Assembly (NCBI GenBank): GCA_017499595.2
Contig: CM039001.1
Span: forward strand, 1,674,001 to 1,738,000
Direction: 5' to 3'
Length of the DNA: 64,000 nt
Origin: Psilocybe cubensis
Lineage: Eukaryota
The notes under the pieces are model-generated. The model was given only the letters and a program-made list of their open reading frames with translations. It made no database searches and was not told the DNA's origin. A program made the position numbers and the translations under genes. Shown here in pieces: positions 54,233 through 64,000 of this stretch (its first letter is position 1; the number at the start of each line of letters is the position of its first letter).

Positions 54233-55745
54233 CTACCAGTCGTTAAGAGTTTGGCAATTTGGCCTTGACAAATTGAGGCCGCCACGCAATAGGGGAGGTA
54301 AGATGAGGCCGTTGATTATCGTGTTCGTCACTATTGAGTCAACATCGTGAGGTGTGACTCGACCGTACCAGACACCGGACCCAGAAGGTGTGTAAATCTG
54401 CCGAACAGATGAGAAATGAAACAAGACGAAAAGAGAATGACGGTTAGCAAGCCGCAAGTTCAAAATTAGCAAACCCAGGGAAGAAAATATTACAAAGTCT
54501 GTCTCGGCTGACAGCACTAAGCAATAAATAAGCAAGTGGAGAAAACTCACGATGGCGTTACCGGCGTATTTGTGGCCACCGATATGCGATACCTTTAAAA
54601 TAAGCGCGCGTTTAGAGTCTAGACTTTGCTTTAGTTGGGCCTCGACGTTTTCATCCCGCTCTTCAGGGGTAACATTAAGGTCTTCAAGGGGAAGCCCCAT
54701 AGTAAGCTGTGGATGTTCTAGTTGGGTGTCAGCGTCCCAACCATGTGCTTCCAGTGATTTGATGAAAGCTGTAGAGGGAGGAAAGTATGAGACGACGAAC
54801 GGGAAAGACCGTATTAAGAAAAAAGTTCTCGCCGTGTTCAAGTTTCGGAGCAGCGATCCCACACCGGTTGTCCCGCTTCTTATGTGAGCCTAAAAGTGCG
54901 AGAACATGTCAGTGTTCGTCGGAAATTAAAAAAAGACGAAAAGTCCCAAGAATAGACACGCTTACTCACAGAGCAGAATAACGCACGAGTATGGTAATAC
55001 CCATGTTTTCAAGATGCTTTTTTCGAGATAGGAGCCATCGCGGCCTATGGAGGGGTCAATGGCACTCTCCCAGAGTTCGAGGGCACCTTGCACTGAGCGC
55101 GGGACTTCGGTTACAACCTTGAAATCGGGAAACACTAATACCGACTCGTGGGCGTCTTCATGACATACGGTTCTATGACTCCCGTTAAGTACCGAGATTC
55201 GGCTCGAATCCGAGGTATTGAACAGCCCATTGACGGGTCGCACGCCTTTGGTTGGAACAGGCGAGGCAGGTTTTGGGGAGGCGGGCAATTTGGGGGACTT
55301 TGGACTCAAGCCGGAAACGACTTCGCCAATAGCGGCGGCCAGAGAGAGTTTGTCGTCCGTAATATCGCGCTCCCAATCCGACTTGCCCGTTGAAATAACG
55401 ACCTTGAATTATAAGCGAAATAAGTATAGAAAGAAATAATAATTTGGAAAAGGAGATGTTATACTTGGCGATGATATGGCTTAACAGACCCCAGCATCTG
55501 GGTGTCCATGTCGATATCAAAGCGGCGAGGATATGCTTCGTGACCTGCATGGAGGGCGAGCCAAGTAAGCTTCTCTTCTGTTATCTGATAACCAATTGAA
55601 GTGGATCTCCACCTAGGTCACAAGGGTCAGCACATGCTCTGCAGTCGGCTGTGGTGACGGGGACGTCGGAGGCGCGGAGGGTCTTGCATAAAGGGTCCTC
55701 CTGGTAGCCAAAGACGAGGGACTGCAGGGCTTTGAATCCGTACAT
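54233..55745 (-). CDS. APD1: Sucrase/thioredoxin-like ferredoxin, Apd1-type bis-histidinyl [2Fe-2S] protein
   Basis: STGKSDW, ILLCSHKKRDNRCG (C-x8-C), SHIGGHKYAGN (HxGGH), WYGRVTP; no presequence; ends in Trp. Confidence 0.85.
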
Positions 55746-55887
55746 GGTGGCACGGAAGAGAGGGGATGGCGCTGTGGGTGCCAAGGTCCCACATTTCTGT
55801 ATCAGATAAGATGCAAATTATATAAGCAATTATTCACCTCGTTACACTTGCGTTGAATTCTGTTCCTTGGATCCATTTCGTCCCACA

Positions 55888-56977
55888 ATGGAACCATCTA
55901 CTGACATGAACGAATTCCGCTATTTGCTCCGTACCTCCAAGAACATCGTTGCAGTCGCAGGCGCTGGTCTCTCCGCTGCCTCGGGTACCCATTCTTCGAC
56001 TCTAATTCACATGTGTGAGATTCTCTGATCCTCCCAGTCGCGCAGGCATCCCCACCTTTAGAGGTTCCGGCGGAATGTGGAGAAAATATAATGCTGTCGA
56101 GCTTGCTACTCCTGAGGGATTTAGCGACAATCCCTCACTCGTTTGGCAGTTCTACCACTACCGTCGGGAAGTGTGCGTACGACAAGGATCTCCCACTGCA
56201 TTCCAGTTGATAACACATCTGCAGTGCACTCAAAGCAGCGCCCAATAATGCACATAGAGCTCTATCTCTCTTTTCTTTGCCCTCAATCCGTAACCAGATA
56301 GCACCCTCTTCTACCTTTACACTTGTGACCCAGAATGTCGACGGCCTCAGTCCCAGATCAGACAAGGAAATATCGGAAATCTACCCTGAGGCTTTAGATC
56401 AGCCGCAACAGGTGCAGCCTCGACTGATTGAAATGCATGGCAGGCTGTTCGACGTCCTTTGCACTGACGAAAATTGTAGACATATCGAGTTCAACACCAA
56501 ATCTCCTATATGTGAGAGTTTGGCTGGGACTGAAATTTTGGTCGAAAAGAACACACTGGATCCTGATATCGATATACAGAGCTTACCTCGCTGTTCCCAG
56601 TGCGGCAGTCTTGCCCGACCGGGAGTTGTCTGGTTTGACGAGGTGCCGCACCACATGGATGTCATAGACAATATTATTGAACAGGCAGATCTATGCATAG
56701 TGGTTGGCACCTCATCCACTGTACGTTTTCCGGATAGATTAATGTCATTGCACTGATATTCTGCCATCGCAAGGTCTATCCTGCCGCTGGATATGCAGAC
56801 ATTGTTCAGGATAACGGGGGAAACGTAGCCGTCTTCAACTTAGAACGCAGTCAAAATGATGAAAATGCAGACTTTCTTTTCTTGGGACCTTGCGAAGAGA
56901 CGCTCTTGGATGCCTTTTCTTTGGTTGTATCACAAGACGGAAAACTGGCAGTCCAAGGTTCATCCATTAGTAATTGA
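55888..56977 (+). CDS. Class III sirtuin (SIRT5/CobB-like NAD-dependent deacylase)
   Basis: [30 protein letters not shown] (Tyr/Arg pair of desuccinylases), TQNVDGL, EMHG, Zn-binding Cys, RPGVVWF, VGTSSTVYPAAG. Confidence 0.9.
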
Positions 56978-57095
56978 CGTTGGCATCCATTTAGCACAAT
57001 ATCTAGCATTAGGTGTTATAACAGAAATAGTGTAGGAGATAAACATTGGCAATGATTAACGACCTGAAACTGTCGGAAATTGTGAGCATATATGC

Positions 57096-57755
57096 TTAAC
57101 TTATTTGATTTCTTAACACACCCGTCGTATTTTCGTCCGTCGTCTTTTCATCCGTCGGCTTTTCATCCGTCGTCTCCTTGCTTTCCTGTGTGAACGCATC
57201 CTTGTTGAAATCTTCCGGATTCAACAATCCAGATTCAGCTGCCTCTTCCAGTACCTGTAGACTGGGAAGTGAATTGCCAGTTGCTGATGTGGATACGCCA
57301 TATAAAGCCTCGATGACTTTGTTCTCCCTCTTCGAATTGCTCTTCGACCAGTTAAAGCTCGCAGCGCCATATTCAATACTTTGATTCCTGTCGTACTGAG
57401 CATATTTGGGGGCAACATCCATGTTACGCTTTGCTTTTTCCAAGTCTGACAGCGATACCCGCGTGTGGAAAGTCGAAGAAAGAGTGGGGTCGATGATGTT
57501 CTGACTGGCAGTGCGCAATGGGACAAATGCGTTGTCGATTCTTTCAGCGAGGTTCTCTGGGGTAATCCAGGACTCGGCCTGGTGATATAGAGCAATAAGA
57601 GCTCGCATTTTGGCCGGCGGCAATGTAGAGTGAGGTTGGATTGTAGATGAAGATGCACCGGAGGACGAAGCACGCTGGGACTTTTTTCCGGTCGAATAAC
57701 GTCTTGATAGATTTTGAAGACATGAAGTCGCTGATCTTGAAGTTGAAAAGCTCAT
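57096..57755 (-). CDS. Hypothetical intronless protein, probably mitochondrial
   Basis: 219-aa ORF with a Ser/Arg-rich presequence (..LSRRYS) and a folded-looking core LPPAKMRALIALYHQAESWITPENL. Confidence 0.7.
   Translation of the reverse strand: MSFSTSRSATSCLQNLSRRYSTGKKSQRASSSGASSSTIQPHSTLPPAKMRALIALYHQAESWITPENLAERIDNAFVPLRTASQNIIDPTLSSTFHTRVSLSDLEKAKRNMDVAPKYAQYDRNQSIEYGAASFNWSKSNSKRENKVIEALYGVSTSATGNSLPSLQVLEEAAESGLLNPEDFNKDAFTQESKETTDEKPTDEKTTDENTTGVLRNQIS
57122..57174. repeat. 15-bp coding minisatellite (about 3.5 copies, CCGTCGtcTTTTCaT) encoding TTDEK/PTDEK/TTDEN
   Basis: Direct inspection of 57122-57174. Confidence 0.8.
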
Positions 57756-57953
57756 GGTTTGGACGAAATAGATACGTAGTTCAAGTGTTTTTTACTTGGC
57801 CAACTTCAAAGTTCATTTGCTCAATGGCCCGCGTCCGGGACATACAAAGCCAAATAACGCGTCTCTCCGACCAATTTGGGGTCCATCAAAATTCGTTCCC
57901 CCATTTCATTGTGACATACAATTTGAAAGCAATAAATATAGATATAAGATGAT

Positions 57954-59919
57954 TTACAGATGTGCTTTGAACCCGTTCTTAGCCAACAACTCATTTTCTT
58001 TCTTTTTGAGTTCGTGTGCCCGCTTCACTAATTCGGGTGCTCGTCTTAATTCCCGTTGACCAACTTGCTGGATGTGAACAGCGTCGGGTCCCTAAAATAC
58101 AATTTAGCCTGCAACATCAAACAAATATTCAAGCTCACTTACATCTGCAATCCTGAGGGTGCGCAGACCTGCCCATCGTGCGGCAAGCTCTGTGTCTTGA
58201 GAAAGACCCTCAGCGCCGAATGATTGCATGGCACGGTCGACAACACGAAGGGCCATAGAAGGAACAACGAACTAGTATGCAGATTGTTGACAGGTCGTTC
58301 ATATTTTTGTACCTCACGTTAAAACTTACTTTGGCAATTCCGATTTCCTTCAAAGCACCCTTGGCTTTGTATTTGTCAATCTGCGAGTGGAAGTCGTTAT
58401 GCCATGGTTGCGATGATTTCAAAGCAAATTACTTACCTGAAGCGCTGCACTTAGAACGAGAAGTCGCGCCCCTTCAATCTCAGCTCGTGATTTTGCAATG
58501 TCAGCAATAACGGTCCCTGTTAAGAGCATATTGAACGGCGAGGGGCTTTACAGAGGTATAAGATGACCTACCATGTTCATGCAGGAATTTTCCAAAGGTC
58601 TTCCTGTTAGGATCAGTCACACGCTGGAGCATGAGGTTTAGTGCGGACTGTGCGATTCCAATGGAACGCATGCAATGGTGGATACGCCCAGGTCTGTTTC
58701 AACCATAAATGAATAAATATGATAGAAAGGTTGGCAAACACATACCCAAGGCGACCTTGGATGATTTCAAAACCGCGACCCCAACCAAGAACCAAGTTGC
58801 TCAAGGGAACTCGAACATTCTCGTAGATAATTTCACAGTGACCTTCCGGAGCATCGTCGTAGCCAAGAACCTTCATAGGCCGAATAATTTTAACACCAGG
58901 CGCATCAGCAGGGACAATGACAACACTTTGTTGGTTGTATGCATTCTGGTTATTTGGGTCGCTTTTACCCATGACGAGATGCAACTTTGTGCGAGGGTCG
59001 CCTGCCCCACTTATCCACCTGCAAAGCAATTGACATAGGAACGGCCACGAAGAAAAGAAAACTGCTTACCATTTATGACCATTAATCACAATTTCATTAC
59101 CCTCCTGTCTTATAGAGGTGCGAATGTTTTTGGCATCAGAAGAGGCGACTATAGTAGGCAGAAATTAGAATCACATTTTAACAGTAACGTAATACTTATC
59201 TCTCACCGTTCTTTTCTGTCATGGCGAAAGCTGATCGAATCTCGCCATTAAGCAAAGGAACTAGCCATTTCTTCTGTTGCTCAGGGGAGCCATAGCGAGC
59301 CAACACCTCTATGATTCTTTTAGACACTGGGCAGAAATGCTCGAAGGGGGTTCTCACCCATATTCCCAGTATCTGGTGCTGAGCAGTTCATAACCTCTGG
59401 TCCAAAATGTCCTGCATGGGCCAGAACTTCAGCCATGACGGCATACTATCGACAAACGTATGAAAAATATAGCCAAGTGGTGATTGAAATGTTGACAATA
59501 CCTCAAGGTTCGAGAGGGGGACGCCGAACTCTGGGTAATGAGCCTTGCTCAAAAACAGATTCCAGAGCCCTTGCTTCTTAGCCTTCGCCTTTAATTCAGC
59601 GATGATGGGAATGACGGTCTGCCATCTCTTGACTGGGTCGTCTGGGAGTTGAGCATGGACAACCTTGACTGCAGGTAATATCTCTTCCTATAGAGAACAT
59701 GGGTCAAGAAGAATATGGGTGGCAGAGACGATGCTGACCTCGAGAAATTTAATGACTTTGGCCAAGGTCTCTTTGCCGTATGGAGTGAACTTGTCCTCGA
59801 TCTGCCAAGGTTACACAGGATAAATTTATAACTTGAGTCTCTGTCTGAGAGGTCGAAGCGACACACACCATAGACCAAGAGGCCTCAGACGTATATGCGA
59901 CAATAGGATGTGGAGCCAT
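57954..59919 (-). CDS. Acyl-CoA dehydrogenase (ACAD10/11-like), peroxisomal
   Basis: [101 protein letters not shown]-terminal PTS1-like AHL*. Confidence 0.92.
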
Positions 59920-60372
59920 GGTGGTTGCAATAAGAGATGGATTCAAAGGACGTCCAAACTTGAGGGTAGGGGCCAGGATATATGTGTGGGGAACGGCAAT
60001 TCAAGTAGCCGGCCGACACATCACTTGCGTGTGGGAATTTATAATTGTCTATTTGACATTTACTTGTAATGCACAAACGGATTCAGGAGGGTTCATGTAG
60101 TGTGCATGAACACTCCGCTTCGACCATTTACAAAAGCTTATTAGGGCCAATATGACTGGCATAAATAGAATCTATTGGGTTTGTTAAATGTGGGGTCGTA
60201 AGTAGATAGAGCAGATTAATGCGTAGAATGATCAAAGTCGTAAGTTAAAACAGAAAACATGACATGACGGTGGGTTGTACAGAAGAAGCATATAAGGCTA
60301 CAAGAAAAGGGGCATACTATAAGATATATGATGTAGTCCAGGTTAATGTGGAAAGCCGAAGGTATGGAATTT

Positions 60373-63300
60373 TCAGGTCTGGTGATGCACAGTATCGTGA
60401 AGCTCGTGATGGGTATCGCCAAGGGTAAAAGGTAGGTCTGGGTCATACCCAAACGCTCCTGGATCGTAAACCTGCCATAATGAATCTTGTTCGGCAGTCC
60501 CATATCCACTGGGATTGTAATTTCGTATATAGTCGAGGCCGCGAAAGGGTAGACCGACAGCAGCAAAAGTAGACGACGGCGGTGTAGTTGACAAGCCACC
60601 CATTCCACCGTTTAGGTCGGCATTGAGATCATAAGCCCCATAACCTTCAAGGCCAGAAGTGTAATTGCCAAATGAATTGCCATAAAGAGATTGATCTGGA
60701 GAATTAGAACCAAACATTTGCTGATCGCTATTTCCATTCCACTGCTGAAGATTAGATTGGCTCAAAGCACTAGGCTGGACTCCAAATTCAAATTCATATC
60801 GATGGGGAGACGGTAGTTGCGCAGGTGATAGAGGCGAAGTGAAGTGATAGGTGTTCGCGTTGGCAGATAGTCGAGGGCTAGGGTCCTGGTTCTGCGTTTG
60901 ATCTGAAGCAGCATGAGCAGGAGTCGTTGCCGGTGACGGTAAATTGACGGATGCTGGGGAGCTGTGAGTACTGGAACCTGCCCGAGGAGCTGCTGCCGGA
61001 CTTGAAAACGATTGATAATATGGGCTAGGGCCTGATCGATCAAGGGCGTCTGTGTCGTCGTGGCCGCGCTTGCGGGAAGAGGATCTTGCCCTCTGACCTA
61101 AAGGGTTCCAAATACCAATTTAAAGCAGCGTTTGAAGAGATGTTACGCGACCACTTACCGCCATCTACTCGATAGGGAGATACAGCTGCCAAACGCCTGT
61201 TTGAGCCAGTACCAGCAGTATCACGAGACAGGGTCCTTCTCGATCTTCCTTTGACAACCCGGCCCGTAGAAGGACCTCCTGTTGAACCCGTCGCAATAGT
61301 CACAGAGCGGCGACGTTCATGTGAGGATGTTGTGGGCGTAGTTGTAGGCATAGCGTGAGCAGACGTAGGCACTGCAGCTTGTGAGTTTGTTTGCCCTCCA
61401 GACCGATCTTTGGGTCCTTTTGCTATAGCTTCGGTTGCAGTATTGATAAGATCAGTGAGAAGCTCTTTACATTTGCGAGCTCCTGGCCATTGTCCCTCCC
61501 ACGACTCTAATGCTGTCAGAGTGCTCTTTGCTTCTTCCATGGCAGCATTAGCAGCACGTTGCTCTGAAGCATGCATTGCATACAACAAAACAATCACCGC
61601 TGAGCTAAATAGATGTTGGATAAAGAACGCCAGATGATGGGAAGGCGGTACAACATGTTTCATAGAAGGCGCAAGCCGAATGCAAGAGCGGGCTGAAGAA
61701 ACAGCCTTGACAGTTGATTTCGGTGTGACGGGCTGATCCCGTTTTACTGGCAAAAGGTTGCGATGAAGGGTTGTGAGAACCGAGTAGTAATGGCTGCAGA
61801 GCACGGCGCCCATAGACACCTGCTCTTCGGTTTCCGATTGAGACTTGAAGACCGCAGGTAATTCGTCGCACCACTTCGTCAGTTCTGCGTCAAGGGATTC
61901 CACAGTCTTCTGAAGGTCTGCCTTGCGTTCTGGTTCTAGGTGATCTTTGCATACATCAAGTGCGTAAACTTGTCTCAGCACGCGACCTCCAATTTCGTAA
62001 AGTTTGATGAGTGCGACAGTGCCCGTCATAAGTGAGGGTTGCCGTTGCGTCATTGGGGCTCCTGTGAAATATTCGGGGAGATGTTCATCATCGATTTCTA
62101 CTGGGAGCTCAGCATCGCAATCGGAATCGTTGATACCAAGCGGTCGGCCAAGGGCAAGAGCCAGCATGCGGTCCAGAGTATACACACCCCACCATATCTT
62201 CCGTCGTGTCTCTTTCTCGACAGGAGATACAGCAAGGCGCCGAGGTGAGCGCTGCGCAATGTGTGATATAAAATGAACATCAGGGGACGTGTAGATATAA
62301 ATGTAGTTCTTACATGTAGCCCTAAGTCCTGTCCGGCCCGAACAGCCTGACCAATCAAAATCCATGCTTGGGGAAGGCAATTGACCGAGCATAAGAAGGA
62401 TGACATCAAAATGAAGCATTGAACATGGGCGACTTGAATGTTCGGGTGACTGATGTACTGCAGAATAAGAGCCCTGTCAAAACAAGCAGCGATGAGAAAG
62501 GGGCGTCCTGAATTAGAGTCAAAAGAAGTACCGTTCATAATAGACCATCCCCATTCCACCATCATCATGACGCTCTGTCGCCAAACGGGAGTCTGAGACT
62601 AAGTTGGCTGCACAAGCAAAGACGGCAAAAACTAGAGAAAGAAAAGCGGTCTCGGCGCGAATGACATCAAGGTCATGTTGATTATCCATGATGTGCGCAA
62701 ACTTCCGAAGAAAATAAGGCTTGTCGACGACAGGCATGAGGAAATGGAACCGCGAAAAATATGCTGCAACCTAGGCGATATGAAATTAAATTTGATTTTG
62801 ATGAACAAAATACCTTATGGCAGGGACTTACAAGTTTTTCTGCTAGATCGCGGTCAGGGAATTCAACTTCCTCGGGACCGGGTAGTGCGTGTATTTTGCC
62901 AAAAAACACAGATGCAGGAAAATAGAGTTTATTTACGCTTGGGCCGGGAGCTTGAGGATCTTCTTCCATAGGCGATATTCGATGCAGAGGAGATGAGGTG
63001 AGCGCTCTAAAGGATTGGATAAGAGACATGGTGGATGACCCTCCAATCCATCGCATGTGGCCATATTCATCAAGGGCAAGCTGTCCAAACAGCTCGCTGA
63101 CCTCATCTTCTGATTTGGCAATGGGCGAAGGGGTAGAAGATGATTCCGGCGGTGAAACCTTTGGGGCAATAGAACGCAACAAGGCCGCAGCAGGTGACAG
63201 AGCTTCTGGATTTATGGATTCAGGAAGAGTGGCTGGTGCAGAGCCATTAGGGGAAGGGGCCGTTGGCATGTGCTGCTCGAGGGCGGGGGCGATTTGAGAG

Positions 63301-63730
63301 AAGAGCGACTCCATGTGAAGCAATCGGGCTTCCAATTCCTGGACGTAGCTTGACAACGGAACACAAGCTTGAGCCATGCTGGACAAGAACACGAAGGGGG
63401 ACTCACTGTCTGCTCAACGCGGCCCTATCTTTGGTCTGCAACCAAGTACACTGGGAACCCGACGTTGCACACTGAGAGCATGTTGGCTCGCACCCATCAC
63501 ACTTGATCTTCTTGCGCCTAAAGAAATAGGAGAGAAAAAAGTCAAAAAGTGGGTCGGGGTGCGATGGAGGAGAGAGGAATGGTATGATACCTGCAGCTCT
63601 CACAGGCACGCCAGACCCGCCTCCGCTGCAACTGGAGGGGCTTTGCCGCTGCATCCTCAGTCATCGGGTCATCTTCTGGTCGTTTCTTCTTGGATGGGGC
63701 CATAGATGAGGATTCCTCGCCTTTGGCCAT
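60373..63730 (-). CDS. Zn(II)2Cys6 transcription factor with fungal-specific middle homology domain
   Basis: RRRVWRACESCRRKKIKCDGCEPTCSQCATSGSQC, YVQELEARL, WIGGSS, AQDLGLH-type motif, ETRRKIWWGVYTLDRMLALALGRP. Confidence 0.92.
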
Positions 63731-64000
63731 TGTGTGCGAGAGGGTTGTTGGTGGTGAATGAGATGAGACAAACTCGAGCGATTCGCCCAAAAGGTCCAAG
63801 CTAATAGTAAAGCAGACCACGTGATGCTATCAAATCGGACCGCGAGTCTTCCTCGAAGTGTGCGCAGATTAAAAAGGCGTGCTATGCAACTCTATCTCCC
63901 AGCTTTTATACAGAACACATATCGGCCAGGGATCCAATAATTGCCGTCCTCGTGGCTGTCATCGACTGCCTAATGACATCGTGGGGCTGTGGCTTCTCTG

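Overview
Gene-dense, intron-rich fungal genomic DNA, most likely an agaricomycete basidiomycete. The evidence is ~50-60 nt GT-AG introns with relaxed donors, many micro-exons, a DUF6533-type membrane protein and Zn2Cys6 factors. About 33 protein-coding genes can be modelled by hand, mostly housekeeping: LYS12, CDT2, ARL1, a WKF-domain protein, IME4/METTL3, a CLD1/ICT1-like hydrolase, CWC21, ARG8, HEM1, an SDR, SFR1/MEI5-like, SND2, a SNAPC4-like Myb protein, TAF8, FMN1, uS11m, QCR9, RNPS1, NCR1, DPH1, SCH9, APD1, a class III sirtuin, a peroxisomal acyl-CoA dehydrogenase and two Zn2Cys6 proteins. I found no transposon, tRNA, rRNA or CRISPR. The most interesting signals are: (1) a layered regulatory architecture at ARG8, with tandem TGACTCAT sites, a spliced 14-codon uORF whose stop overlaps the main AUG, and a 478-nt hairpin-rich intron; (2) a same-strand gene ending 7 bp before the first SCH9 AUG; (3) two consecutive 2-nt exons; (4) an uncharacterised protein with five C-x4-C...C-x2-C fingers; (5) G-to-C strand-skew flips centred on certain promoters regardless of gene orientation. 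All product names come from motif recognition, not database searches. Exon boundaries are manual.
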